DNA of 36,862 bases from Armatimonadota bacterium (lineage in GTDB: Bacteria; Armatimonadota; Fimbriimonadia; Fimbriimonadales; Fimbriimonadaceae). How positions within the stretch are numbered: position 1 is the stretch's first letter; each line of letters starts with the position of its first letter. Below the pieces are notes generated by a model. It saw only the letters and a list, made by a program, of their open reading frames with translations. It was not told the DNA's origin and made no database searches. The position numbers and the translations under genes are program-made. Positions 9,078 to 18,894 of this stretch are shown one piece after another. Location of the stretch: contig JANNQV010000062.1 in assembly GCA_031400935.1 (NCBI GenBank), forward strand, positions 62,001 to 98,862. Reading direction: 5' to 3'.

Positions 9078-9716
9078 ATGAGATTAGTATCTATTTTGAA
9101 AAGAATGTCGCGGCCAAGGCAATGTGTTCATAGCTATCGCTCAAAGAGGGTTGGAACCAAAAACGGTTTTACAATTATTGAAACCCTTGTGAGCACAACT
9201 GTTAGCTTCCTCGCCCTTACTGGTGCCGTATCACTATTGGTGGCAGGCACATCAACTTGGTACAAAGGCGAAGGCAAAATGCTGGCTGAAACTCAATCAC
9301 AGCGATCGGTTCGCATGATTTCTGGAGAGCTTCGCGAAGCCATGTCGGTTACCGTAGATGGAAATGGTTTAGGAGTGTCTTACCGTTTGCCTGTTATTAA
9401 TGGAAGTACTGGCAACTATACAACGCCAGCAATTTGGGACAATGTTGTCAGGCGAATCGAATACGTGTCTGGAACCATTCGCGTCGTCACAGATGGAGAA
9501 TCTCGAATCCTCTCACGAAACGTAATTTTGACGGATCCACAATCGTCCGGCGGTGCTGCCGCTTATGTGATTTTCGCGCCAGGGTCTGGGTTCATTATTC
9601 GCAAGCTTTCAGTCATGGTGGCTACCCAAACTGCAACAACGAAAGGCTCCTATACGAAGAGCCGATCCAGAGAAACAGTTTATTTGAGAAACATCCCAGA
9701 GCTGTCAAGAGGTTAA
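9078..9716 (+). CDS. PilW-like minor pilin
   Basis: NG|FTIIETLV cleavage motif, hydrophobic helix, ISGELREA motif, C-terminal ETVYLRN; start uncertain (9063 or 9078). Confidence 0.75.
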   Translation: MRLVSILKRMSRPRQCVHSYRSKRVGTKNGFTIIETLVSTTVSFLALTGAVSLLVAGTSTWYKGEGKMLAETQSQRSVRMISGELREAMSVTVDGNGLGVSYRLPVINGSTGNYTTPAIWDNVVRRIEYVSGTIRVVTDGESRILSRNVILTDPQSSGGAAAYVIFAPGSGFIIRKLSVMVATQTATTKGSYTKSRSRETVYLRNIPELSRG

Positions 9717-11632
9717 TGAATATGGAACGAACAAATCGAAAGCGGCATTTACGATCCAAGCGCGGTTATGCACTGATTTCAGTATTCGGCGTAATGATGC
9801 TGTTGTCAGTTGGGGCAGCGACTTATATTAGTCGTTCGACCCAAACCATTCGACTTTCAAACAATCAGAAGACAGATATTCAGTCAACTCACCTTTGTGA
9901 GTCTGGAGTTCAAACTGTTTTGCGAAGCTTCTGGAGACCATTCAAGGTCTCTCAAAATTTCGCTTCGATGGACGCAGCGATTGGAACACCGAGTCCTGGG
10001 AATCCAGCAGGCTCTTTGAGCGGTTCAATTCCGGATGTCGGAAGGTTCGCAGCTGGAATCATCGGTTATTCGCAACCAGACACTTACACGCGGCTGGTAA
10101 CAGTTCGCGCAGTTGGTTGGGTTGATAGAGACAACGATGCTGTGATGGATGATGACGAGCCGCGAAAAACCGTTGATGTTACTGGCCAGTTTCAGTTGAC
10201 CCGAAGTCAAGTCTTTGACTACACGTACTTCGTCAATAACTATGGATGGATGGACGGATTTAGCGAAACGCAGCTGATCGTCAATGGTGATATGCGAGCC
10301 AATGGCAACTTTGCGTTTCTGAATGGATCGCCAACTGTCAATGGTTCAGTAATCGCATCAATGAACGAAAAGCTCGATCCTCCAGCAGCAGGACTGGTGA
10401 ATACTCAACCAGTGAAATGGACGAACTCTACGTACAACACGAACTGGAATAATGCGGCAACCGCATACAAAGAGCGTTGGCGACAGCCCTACAGCTCTGC
10501 AAGTCATGGTGCAAAGGGAACAACGGATTACGAAAACTGGCGAGACTTTACATTTGAATCTACAGGTTCAATCGTTAACAATCGCATAGATGGTGCAGTT
10601 TCAGCAGACGCCGGTGGTTATCGAAGCTGGGATAGAACAAGCACGGGAATGACTCCAACGACTCAAATGTTAGATAGTCAATCTACTGAAGAAGTCATCA
10701 TGCCGGACCTTTCGAATCTAGCGTACTACCAAAATTTGAGTTCAACCTACGTTGACAGCAAGGCTTTATTTGCGGATGGCACAGCCAACCCTGGATTTGG
10801 CCAAGGAGCGTATGTTGATGTCTGGAATCAGGCGCTCAACAGTGGCGCAGGTGCGTATGAGAGGATTTCTACGAATGGTCAAGTTACAGGAACGGCCATT
10901 TTAGTTGGTACAGCAGCTAAGCCGATTCGCATTCACGGTCCTGTTACGTTTTCGGAGGATTGTGTTCTTAAGGGTTATGTAGCCGGTCAGGGGACAGTCT
11001 ATACGGGTCGTAACACCCACATTGTTGGTTCAATTCGCTATTCCGACCAGAACTTGGCTGGTGCCAACGTTGGGACTGCAGACTTTAGGGGATCGGATCC
11101 TCAGGCAATTGACAACGCAAATGAAAAGCGTACATTAGTTGGCTTGGCTGCAAGAGGCTCGGTTATCATGGGCAACACAACTACTTTCACAAATAGCTAT
11201 CCGCTGAATTATATGCGGCCGCCATTCACACATGGAAGATATGACGATCTTGGAAATTACATTCCAGCTTACGATGCAACCCAAGTGGACTATACGGGCC
11301 GCAAAAAATATCAAAGTACTATTGCGGACGCTACCATGAACTCGATGTCGGAAAGTGTAAACGTGCTTGACTGCATCCTCTATACCAACTTTGTCGGTGG
11401 CGGAAACATCGGCACCGGAGGTGGAGGCGTGACATTCAACGGAACCATCATTTCTAAAGATGAAGCGATGGTTGTGTATTCGTTGCCAATGCGAATGAAC
11501 TATGACCACCGGATTCGAGAGCGACGACTCTCGCAGGCTCCACTCATTGATATTATGTTGCCGCGAAGTCCTACATTGCTTCGTAGCACTTGGCAAGACA
11601 GGGGATTTGCCATGCACGACGGTGGAGGATAA
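9716..11632 (+). CDS. PilX-like minor pilin with a very large (~580 aa) C-terminal beta-rich domain
   Basis: RSKRG|YALISVFGVMMLL lacks E+5, as in PilX/GspK; CESGVQ resembles the AESG motif; ATG 9716 overlaps the upstream TAA (TAATG). Confidence 0.75.
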   Translation: MNMERTNRKRHLRSKRGYALISVFGVMMLLSVGAATYISRSTQTIRLSNNQKTDIQSTHLCESGVQTVLRSFWRPFKVSQNFASMDAAIGTPSPGNPAGSLSGSIPDVGRFAAGIIGYSQPDTYTRLVTVRAVGWVDRDNDAVMDDDEPRKTVDVTGQFQLTRSQVFDYTYFVNNYGWMDGFSETQLIVNGDMRANGNFAFLNGSPTVNGSVIASMNEKLDPPAAGLVNTQPVKWTNSTYNTNWNNAATAYKERWRQPYSSASHGAKGTTDYENWRDFTFESTGSIVNNRIDGAVSADAGGYRSWDRTSTGMTPTTQMLDSQSTEEVIMPDLSNLAYYQNLSSTYVDSKALFADGTANPGFGQGAYVDVWNQALNSGAGAYERISTNGQVTGTAILVGTAAKPIRIHGPVTFSEDCVLKGYVAGQGTVYTGRNTHIVGSIRYSDQNLAGANVGTADFRGSDPQAIDNANEKRTLVGLAARGSVIMGNTTTFTNSYPLNYMRPPFTHGRYDDLGNYIPAYDATQVDYTGRKKYQSTIADATMNSMSESVNVLDCILYTNFVGGGNIGTGGGGVTFNGTIISKDEAMVVYSLPMRMNYDHRIRERRLSQAPLIDIMLPRSPTLLRSTWQDRGFAMHDGGG

Positions 11633-11645
11633 AGGAGATTTCAAA

Positions 11646-12104
11646 ATGAAAAAGTTACTACTCATTTTTACGCTAGTTTCGTTGGCAGGACTTTGTTTTG
11701 CGCCTCACAAGGATATGCGTAAGGGCGTGAAGCTTGATCCAGAACGAAGTGAAGCCCAAAGAGCAATTGATCAACAGAACTACCAGTCTGTCCAAGGGGA
11801 AATGTACGCACCTCCTACAGATACTGAAACCGTTGAAGTTGGGACTGAACTGGCAGAGTCGGAAAGTGCTTCAGCAATTGCAACTGCTGGTGACAGTCTT
11901 GATGGCACCGCAAACGAAAGGGCCGCAGAAATGGCTCTAAAGGAAGCAAACAGGTCGCTTGAGGCAAAGCGTGGCTCAAACTGGGGCTGGATTTGGACTC
12001 TTGTTGTCGGTGGAGTCGGACTCGGGAGCGTCTTTGCAGTACGGCAATATGCCAACAAGACCATTCCAGAAATGCCTTCGGACGCTAACACTAGAAAGTG
12101 GTAA
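11646..12104 (+). CDS. hypothetical exported protein with a C-terminal membrane anchor
   Basis: AAGGAG RBS, MKKLLLIFTLVSLAGLCFA signal peptide, acidic middle region, TM helix WGWIWTLVVGGVGLGSVFAV. Confidence 0.75.
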   Translation: MKKLLLIFTLVSLAGLCFAPHKDMRKGVKLDPERSEAQRAIDQQNYQSVQGEMYAPPTDTETVEVGTELAESESASAIATAGDSLDGTANERAAEMALKEANRSLEAKRGSNWGWIWTLVVGGVGLGSVFAVRQYANKTIPEMPSDANTRKW

Positions 12105-12120
12105 TAGACGAAGAATTTCT

Positions 12121-12160
12121 AAAGAACATGCAGGACTTAAATGTCCTGCATGTTCTTTTT
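12121..12160 (+). terminator. rho-independent terminator ending the minor-pilin operon
   Basis: 16-bp stem AAAGAACATGCAGGAC/GTCCTGCATGTTCTTT with a T-tail. Confidence 0.85.
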
Positions 12161-12198
12161 GGTTAGAAGAAGCGCCATATCGCTGACTTAACTCGCTT

Positions 12199-12212
12199 GG
12201 TAAACTCAGTCC
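12199..12212 (+). promoter_or_regulatory. -10 box for a probable leaderless fumC transcript
   Basis: GG-TAAACT lies 6 nt upstream of the ATG; no SD sequence. Confidence 0.5.
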
Positions 12213-13607
12213 ATGGCGTTTCGAACCGAAACTGACTCAATGGGCGAAGTAGAAGTTGTCTCAGATCGCTATTGGGGTGCTCAAACTCAGCGATCCATTC
12301 TAAATTTCCCGATTGGCCGAGATCGGTTTATTTGGGGACGTGCAATGATTCGCGCTCTGGGACTTCTCAAGAAGGCGGCTACCCGCGCAAATGCTGATTT
12401 GAGTGAAATTGAATCCGATATTGCCAAATTGATCTGCAACGCGGCTGACGAAGTGATTAGCGGAAAACTTGACAGTCATTTTCCGCTTGTTGTTTGGCAA
12501 ACCGGCTCAGGCACTCAGAGCAACATGAACGCAAACGAAGTCATTTCGAACCGTGCAATTGAGATTGCCGGAGGGCAAATGGGTTCGAAATCACCTGTTC
12601 ATCCGAACGACCATGTAAACCGAGGACAGAGTTCGAATGACACTTTTCCAACTGCAATGCACATCGCAGTTGTCGAGCAAATTGCTAATCATCTGATTCC
12701 TTCAGTTGAAACACTGAGACAAACATTGGCGAAAAAATCAAAGGAGTTTGAAGGCATTGTCAAAGTGGGAAGAACCCATTTGCAGGATGCAACTCCAATT
12801 ACATTGGGTCAGGAAGTTGGAGGTTGGATCGCTCAAATTGACTACGCAATAGCCGAAGTTCGACATTCAATGGTTGGCCTTTATGAACTCGCGATTGGTG
12901 GAACTGCAGTTGGTACCGGACTCAACGCCCATCCAAAATTTGGCGATTTGGCAGCTAATTACATCGCGGAGGAAACCGGACATCCGTTCGTGTCGGCAGC
13001 AAACAAATTCGCTGCCCTTTCGGCGCATGACGCATTGGTCCAAACGAGCGCATCTTTGAGAACCTTGGCTGGAGTGCTCATGAAAATGGCAAACGATGTT
13101 CGTTGGCTCGCCAGTGGGCCTCGCAATGGGATCGGGGAACTCACGATTCCAGAAAATGAACCTGGCTCTTCGATCATGCCTGGCAAGGTGAATCCGACGC
13201 AATGCGAAGCTCTGACAATGGTATGCGTCCAGGTTTTTGGGAACGATGCCGCTGTCGCTTTTGGAGGTTCGCAGGGCAATTTTCAATTGAATGTTTATAA
13301 GCCGGTTATGGTTCATAACGTTTTGGAATCTATTCAATTGATTGCAGAAGCCTGCGTTAGCTTCAACGATAATTGCGCCATCGGAATCGAGCCAAATTTG
13401 GAACGAATCAATGAAAACCTGGACAAGAACTTGATGCAGGTAACTGCATTGAATCGGCATATCGGATACGACAAAGCCGCAAAGATTGCTAAGACCGCCC
13501 ATAACAGCGGTTCAAATTTGCGAGCAGCTGCTATTGAACTGGGCTACTTGACCGCCGAAGAATTCGATAAATGGGTCGTTCCGATTGAGATGACGCGGCC
13601 AACTTAG
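12213..13607 (+). CDS. fumC: class II fumarate hydratase
   Basis: [42 protein letters not shown] signature. Confidence 0.97.
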   Translation: MAFRTETDSMGEVEVVSDRYWGAQTQRSILNFPIGRDRFIWGRAMIRALGLLKKAATRANADLSEIESDIAKLICNAADEVISGKLDSHFPLVVWQTGSGTQSNMNANEVISNRAIEIAGGQMGSKSPVHPNDHVNRGQSSNDTFPTAMHIAVVEQIANHLIPSVETLRQTLAKKSKEFEGIVKVGRTHLQDATPITLGQEVGGWIAQIDYAIAEVRHSMVGLYELAIGGTAVGTGLNAHPKFGDLAANYIAEETGHPFVSAANKFAALSAHDALVQTSASLRTLAGVLMKMANDVRWLASGPRNGIGELTIPENEPGSSIMPGKVNPTQCEALTMVCVQVFGNDAAVAFGGSQGNFQLNVYKPVMVHNVLESIQLIAEACVSFNDNCAIGIEPNLERINENLDKNLMQVTALNRHIGYDKAAKIAKTAHNSGSNLRAAAIELGYLTAEEFDKWVVPIEMTRPT

Positions 13608-13740
13608 GGTATGGGGGGTATAGGGTTCGGGGTTTGGGGTATCAGGTGCAGGGAAGAATTTCCGCACTTCGCACTCCACTCGATTCCCCAACCCCCGAAC
13701 CCTGAACCACGAACCGGGCCACCCACTTCCCCCATACCCT
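13604..13740. repeat. G-rich/C-rich inverted heptamer element, copy 1
   Basis: Left arm TTAGGGT ATGGGGGGT ATAGGGT TCGGGGT TTGGGGT; right arm of C-rich heptamers; perfect 12-bp terminal IR AGGGTATGGGGG(13606)/CCCCCATACCCT(13729). Confidence 0.75.
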
Positions 13741-13847
13741 TGCCAGGTTTTTGCTCGAAGCCTAGACTACGGCAAACTAACCTCCGAAAATTGATATATT
13801 CGAACTGATTCGGACACTTTCGAAATTGAGGGTTTACAGAGAAGGTC

Positions 13848-15338
13848 ATGGCGAAAGGGAAGTCAAATTCTGCAGAAGAACTGAATATCGCACCAGAACT
13901 TGAAGTTGTGGAAGGCGAAGCCATGCATTCCGATGCCGAAGCTTCCGTTGTTGAGCCGGAGGAAATAACGGCACTTCTTGACGAAATGGCGAAGCAAAAC
14001 GAGGACATTCTTGCCGCCAAGGATTCAGCGCCCAATGAACCTTCTACAGTTGAACCTCCAGAAATCCAGTCAGCTGAAACGACAAACGGTTCCGACATCG
14101 AAAAAGGAACAAATCTCGAAGTCAGTGAAGCGGCGGGACCGGATACCGAGCAAAATCAGCCAGCAACCAAAGCGCCTGAGGCAGGTCCTTCGTTTACGAT
14201 GGATCAAATCCTTCAAGCCGCTTCATCATCAACCGGATTCTCAGTTGATCAAATCAAGAGTTTTGAAGGTGATGAACTTGCTGACTCAGCTGTAGCGGAA
14301 ATGGAACCTGTGGTCGAAAAAATTGCAATCGAGGAGCAACCAAAAGTAGACGAAGTTGCTGCCGTCCCTGCTCAGGAAGTAGTTGAGGCTGTTGCTGAGG
14401 AATGGCCGACCGCTGCTAACCTTGCAGCGATGACACAAGGAAAGGAATTGGAACCTTCGGTAGTCGAAGAAACCAATAGTGCTCCTGAGGAACAGCCGAC
14501 AGCAGCTGACCTTGCGGCGATGACACAAGGAATGGATTTAGAAGGTCCACCTGATGGGAATGCGGAACCAATTGCAGCTAAAACGAAGGTCGCCAAAACC
14601 AAGAAAGTGAAATCCGAATCCTCGGGTTTGAAGCTTCCAGAATGTGCTTTGGTTGCAACTGGCGTTTTGGTCTCAATTGTAGGCGGTTACTTTCTAACTA
14701 GCAAGCAAAGCCAATCTTTGGAAAGCAAGATTACAGCTAAGGTGTCAAGGATTGACACCTCTTTAGCAGAATTATCAGAACTTGTCGAAGGCACGAACAC
14801 ACGGCTCGCAAATTTGGATCGAGCTTTGAGCACCGGAGAACCGGAGCCACAAAAGGCTTTGGTGAACCACTCTTCTCCAAAAACTCATGTATCTCCAATG
14901 TCGCATGAAGCTCCAAAGGCTCATGTACCGAAAGCTTCCGACCAGGTCCAACCACATGTTCTTGACAACCATGCAGCTTCAACGAAAGTTGTTAAAAATA
15001 ATGCGAAACATAATGCGGTAGCCAAAAAGCCTGGAGCCATCGGCGACAATTTCAATGGTGCAGCCCAAACCGAAGGATTTCGATCTGGCAAGATTATCAT
15101 TGCAGGAAAATCACACTCAACGAAGCAAAATAGCAAATCCCACGCATCAGGTTCAAGCCACTCAAAAGGGAAAAAGTCGCCAAGTCACAAGAGGAAACTG
15201 GTCGTTCATTCAAAAGCCAACGTTGCCCGCTCGAGTTCAATCAAAGTGTATTTGAATGGAAAGGCAGTCTCATTAGGCAGGGGCAATTTTGGTCCAACAA
15301 GTTCCAAGACCCATGGATTGGTCGCAAAAGGGCACTAG
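13848..15338 (+). CDS. hypothetical single-pass membrane protein: acidic disordered N-terminus, coiled coil, His/Lys/Ser-rich C-terminus
   Basis: 496-aa ORF with GAAGG RBS; TM segment ALVATGVLVSIVGGYFL; internal duplication EExPTAAxLAAMTQGxxLE. Confidence 0.75.
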   Translation: MAKGKSNSAEELNIAPELEVVEGEAMHSDAEASVVEPEEITALLDEMAKQNEDILAAKDSAPNEPSTVEPPEIQSAETTNGSDIEKGTNLEVSEAAGPDTEQNQPATKAPEAGPSFTMDQILQAASSSTGFSVDQIKSFEGDELADSAVAEMEPVVEKIAIEEQPKVDEVAAVPAQEVVEAVAEEWPTAANLAAMTQGKELEPSVVEETNSAPEEQPTAADLAAMTQGMDLEGPPDGNAEPIAAKTKVAKTKKVKSESSGLKLPECALVATGVLVSIVGGYFLTSKQSQSLESKITAKVSRIDTSLAELSELVEGTNTRLANLDRALSTGEPEPQKALVNHSSPKTHVSPMSHEAPKAHVPKASDQVQPHVLDNHAASTKVVKNNAKHNAVAKKPGAIGDNFNGAAQTEGFRSGKIIIAGKSHSTKQNSKSHASGSSHSKGKKSPSHKRKLVVHSKANVARSSSIKVYLNGKAVSLGRGNFGPTSSKTHGLVAKGH

Positions 15339-15370
15339 CTAAGTTTCCGACTCCAAGCAAACATGTGCGT

Positions 15371-16612
15371 CTAGGAAAGCAATCGTGTCGGTTTCTCAAG
15401 ATATTCCCGAACAACGTTCATGAACTTTGCCCCAATCGAACCATCAATGACACGGTGATCGAAGGAGCCAGTCATGTTCATTTTCAGCCGGATTTCGATC
15501 TCGTCGCCCGTTTCGCTCGGAACTACCATCTTCTTTGCGCTTCCTACCGCCAAAATGGCGGCGTTGGGTTGGTTGATGATTGCTTGAAAAACGGTTACGT
15601 TCAACATTCCCATATTTGAAATGCTGAATGTCGAACCGCTCAATTCTTCAAGTGTCAGCCTATTTTCGCGAGCACTTGCGGCAAGGTCTTTGCTTTGAGC
15701 CGATATTTGGCGGAGCGAAAGCTGGTCAGCGTTGTGGATTACCGGCAAGGTGAGGCCATCTTCCAGAGCAACGGCCATGCCTACGCTGACTCTTCCAAAC
15801 TGAAGGATTGAATCGCCTTGGTAGGTCGAATTGACAATGGGCATATCTCGAAGAGCCAGCGCGCAAGCTTTTACAAGGAAATCGTTGATAGACGGCTTGA
15901 ATTCGGCGTCGTTTGCAAATAGGGCTCGAACTTCAGAAACAGCCTCAAGGTCAACTTCCACCGTAACATAGTAGTGGGGAACGGCTTGCTTCGATTCAGT
16001 GGTTCGTTTTGCCGTGATTTTACGAATTTTGTTGAGTGGAACAATTACATCTTCCGCTGTAGGGGCAATCTTGGCAACGATCGTCGGAATTGAGGCGATA
16101 GTTTGAGTTACAGCTGGTTTTAACATGCGAACGTCAGCCTCTACTATTCGTCCGCCGGGGCCGGTTCCAGCGATGTTAGTCAAGTCAATGCCTGACGCGG
16201 AAGCAATCTTCTTTGCCAGCGGTGATGCTTTGATTCGCTCGGATGAGGATGCGAGATTCGGGGAAGCGGGGATGTTTGCGGATGGGGTTGAGGAGAGACT
16301 AGGATTGGGGGTTGCAGCGACGCCGTTTGATGAGCTCACGGATGAGGACGAATTCCAATCAGTCGGTAAAGTTTCGCCATCTTTCAAAATAGCGGCAACT
16401 GGTTGGCCGACAGGAACCGAATCGCCCACTTTCAAAATAAATCCAGCCAAAATTCCCGAAGTTGGAGCTTCCATTTCCAAGCTGGCTTTATCTGTTTGAA
16501 TCATGGCGATAGCCTCGCCAGACTTTACCTTTTCGCCCTCTTTCTTAAGCCATTCGAGGAGCGTTCCTTCTTCCATTCCGTCGCCCATCTTGGGCATGAT
16601 CACTTCAGTCAT
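15371..16612 (-). CDS. pdhC: dihydrolipoamide acetyltransferase (pyruvate dehydrogenase E2)
   Basis: Lipoyl domain with TDKA, E3-binding ASPLAKKIA...GTGPGGRI, catalytic DHRVIDG. Confidence 0.92.
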   Translation of the reverse strand: MTEVIMPKMGDGMEEGTLLEWLKKEGEKVKSGEAIAMIQTDKASLEMEAPTSGILAGFILKVGDSVPVGQPVAAILKDGETLPTDWNSSSSVSSSNGVAATPNPSLSSTPSANIPASPNLASSSERIKASPLAKKIASASGIDLTNIAGTGPGGRIVEADVRMLKPAVTQTIASIPTIVAKIAPTAEDVIVPLNKIRKITAKRTTESKQAVPHYYVTVEVDLEAVSEVRALFANDAEFKPSINDFLVKACALALRDMPIVNSTYQGDSILQFGRVSVGMAVALEDGLTLPVIHNADQLSLRQISAQSKDLAASARENRLTLEELSGSTFSISNMGMLNVTVFQAIINQPNAAILAVGSAKKMVVPSETGDEIEIRLKMNMTGSFDHRVIDGSIGAKFMNVVREYLEKPTRLLS

Positions 16613-16781
16613 CAGTTTTGGTTCCTTCCAGGCTGATGTTACCTGTTGAACTCGCTTGGGAATCGGCGGCTGGTTCCTGGTTGAACTTGAAAACGTACAA
16701 TTTGCGGTTTCCGGAGATGACCAGAGTCTCCTTGGAGAACCCCAAGGGGTCTTGAGTTTTGTGAGTCTCAGAATCGTTCAA
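16605..16781 (-). CDS. small 58-aa hypothetical protein; not in ORF track
   Basis: TTG start overlaps the ROK stop (TTGA) and the stop overlaps the pdhC start region; MNDSETHKTQDPLGFSKETLVISGNRKLYVFKFNQEPAADSQASSTGNISLEGTKTDD*; fills the whole gap. Confidence 0.6.
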   Translation of the reverse strand: MNDSETHKTQDPLGFSKETLVISGNRKLYVFKFNQEPAADSQASSTGNISLEGTKTDD

Positions 16782-17830
16782 ATTCGTACCCTTCCTAAGT
16801 GCTCGAAAGCAAGGGCGGCTCCACCCAACATTCCTGCTTCTTCAATATACTCTGCCATACCAATTTGCGCATCGGCAAACAGGGAAGGAATAGCGACGTT
16901 CCTTGCAGTCTTTTGGGCGGGTTCCAATAGCCATTCCCCGGCTTTTGCGATTTGGCCACCAATTGCCACGATATCAGGTGCAAAAATGTTGATATAAGAG
17001 CCAATTGCGACTCCGAGCATGGTTCCAATCTCAGTCCAAATCTCAATCGCAAGTTCATCGCCTTCATCAGCAGCAACACTCAAAGTACGCGGCGTAATCT
17101 TTGAAAGGTCGCCGTCCACCATGTCGTCAATGATTGACACTCTTCCTCGCTTCAAACGATGAAGTGCTCTTGCAATAATCGAGTCGCGCTGGCAATATGC
17201 CTCAAGCGCACCGTAGCTTCCCGCATTGCAGTCCAGTCCTCCATGCAAGAGGCTTATGTGGCCGAGTTCGGCGCCTCCCTGATTTCCGCCAACGAGCATC
17301 AACGGCCCCCTCGCATCTCCAGTCACAGCTTTTGGCGAAAGAATGACGCCGCCGCCGATGCCTGTGCCGATTGTGAGCATGACTAAACAATTCGCCGAAT
17401 TACGGCCTGTGCCGTACCTATATTCAGCAAGCGCTGCCAAATTCGCATCATTTCCGATCACTATTGGCAATGAAATGGTCTCGCTAAGCAGTTCTGCTAG
17501 CGGAATGTCTTCCCAGTATCTAAAGACGCCCTCGATATCCTCTCCGAAATTCGGCGCCCATCGCACCACGCCCTTTTCTCCATCAATGTGGCCCGGCATG
17601 GCAATTCCAACCGCATGAGGAGTATTTGGCGACGAATCAATAGCTTGCTGTATGCAATCAGAAATTGAGCGAACGGAACTCGAAACCCCATCTTGGGCGT
17701 TTGAGAGTTGCGAGAACTTTTGTGATTCGGTTGAGCCGTCTTTTGCATAAGCAGCGGCGCGTACATTCGTGCCGCCTACGTCAACGCCTATGACAAATGA
17801 TGAATCCACGCGAGGAATTGTAGCAGTCAT
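16778..17830 (-). CDS. ROK family sugar kinase (glucokinase-like)
   Basis: IGVDVGGT ATP-binding motif, NDANLAALAE, TIGTGIGGG, AELGH; no N-terminal HTH. Confidence 0.9.
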   Translation of the reverse strand: MTATIPRVDSSFVIGVDVGGTNVRAAAYAKDGSTESQKFSQLSNAQDGVSSSVRSISDCIQQAIDSSPNTPHAVGIAMPGHIDGEKGVVRWAPNFGEDIEGVFRYWEDIPLAELLSETISLPIVIGNDANLAALAEYRYGTGRNSANCLVMLTIGTGIGGGVILSPKAVTGDARGPLMLVGGNQGGAELGHISLLHGGLDCNAGSYGALEAYCQRDSIIARALHRLKRGRVSIIDDMVDGDLSKITPRTLSVAADEGDELAIEIWTEIGTMLGVAIGSYINIFAPDIVAIGGQIAKAGEWLLEPAQKTARNVAIPSLFADAQIGMAEYIEEAGMLGGAALAFEHLGRVRI

Positions 17831-17925
17831 TTAGGGACTTTTGGGAATACGGTGACAATGATGACGTGCATTGCGTCGTATATGGACTTTGTGGCAAAGG
17901 ATGTAGAATTTAGGAATCGGGTGAT

Positions 17926-18888
17926 ATGAGCAAATTATCAGTAAAAGATATTTCGTTGGCGTGCGATGCATTAGTAGAAGAAATTGAAAAGGCAATCGTT
18001 GGAAAACGGCGAACGGTCGAGCTTTCGGTCATGACTCTCCTCTGCAACGGGCATTTACTTATTGAAGACATTCCTGGCGTCGGCAAAACGACTCTAGCCA
18101 AGGCACTCGCGAAATCTGTAGGCGGAGAGTTTCGTCGAATTCAATTTACGCCAGATTTGCTTCCGGCTGACATAACTGGCTCATCTATTTACAACCAGTC
18201 CATTTCAAAATTCGAATTCGTTCCTGGCCCAATTTTTGGAAACATCGTTTTGGTTGATGAAATCAATCGGGCTACCCCGAAAACGCAATCGGCGTTGCTT
18301 GAAGCAATGGAAGAAAGACAAGTCACCACCGATGGCGTTTCTCGTGATCTGCCAAAACCATTTTTTGTAGTTGCAACTCAAAATACAGTCGAAATGACCG
18401 GAACTTATCCATTGCCAGAAGCACAATTGGACAGGTTCCTGATGCGGCTTTCTATGGGATATCCGAGCAAAGCCGATGAAATTGCAATGCTCCAACGGCA
18501 ACAGACTACCATTCCAGTTGATTCTATACAGGCGATTGTAACCCCGACTCAACTTATTGACTTACAACATGCAGTTCGCGAAATATTTGTTCACGACACA
18601 ATTCGGGAATACATTGTTGAGGCGGTTCGCTTGACAAGAGATTCGGGGCAATTGCTTATGGGAGCTTCGCCGCGAGGCTCTATTTACGTGACCAGAGCAA
18701 GTCAGACTCATGCCGCCATGAATGGCTATGATTTTGTGCGTCCAGATGACGTTAAGGCAGTTGCCGCTTCAGTTTTGGGGCATAGGGTAATACCTCGTGC
18801 AGATGTCCGTTCCAAAGAAGCCGTTGAAGCCGTAATTGACGGAATTTTTGAACTGCTTCCAAGCCCTGTTCCAGCATCCGTAGCCTAG
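17926..18888 (+). CDS. moxR: MoxR family AAA+ ATPase
   Basis: EDIPGVGKT Walker A, RIQFTPDLLPADITG, DEINRATPKTQSALLEAM, PLPEAQLDRF. Confidence 0.95.
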   Translation: MSKLSVKDISLACDALVEEIEKAIVGKRRTVELSVMTLLCNGHLLIEDIPGVGKTTLAKALAKSVGGEFRRIQFTPDLLPADITGSSIYNQSISKFEFVPGPIFGNIVLVDEINRATPKTQSALLEAMEERQVTTDGVSRDLPKPFFVVATQNTVEMTGTYPLPEAQLDRFLMRLSMGYPSKADEIAMLQRQQTTIPVDSIQAIVTPTQLIDLQHAVREIFVHDTIREYIVEAVRLTRDSGQLLMGASPRGSIYVTRASQTHAAMNGYDFVRPDDVKAVAASVLGHRVIPRADVRSKEAVEAVIDGIFELLPSPVPASVA

Positions 18889-18894
18889 GTTCTA

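Noticed and set aside
9434..9715. N-terminal 94 aa of the 732-aa ORF
   Set aside because: It overlaps the PilW-like gene out of frame. The prepilin leader and TAATG coupling place the start at 9716.
13769..13840. c-di-GMP-I riboswitch (GGCAAAC...GAAA) before the 13848 gene
   Set aside because: No stem closes the GAAA and the downstream GACGCAAA/P3 features are absent.
13604..14098. ORFs 13611-13808 (+) and 13604-14098 (-)
   Set aside because: They are translations of the heptamer repeat element and of the antisense strand of a real gene.
16250..16345. C-rich hexamer-like periodicity inside pdhC
   Set aside because: It is explained by the Ser/Pro-rich flexible linker between the lipoyl and E3-binding domains.
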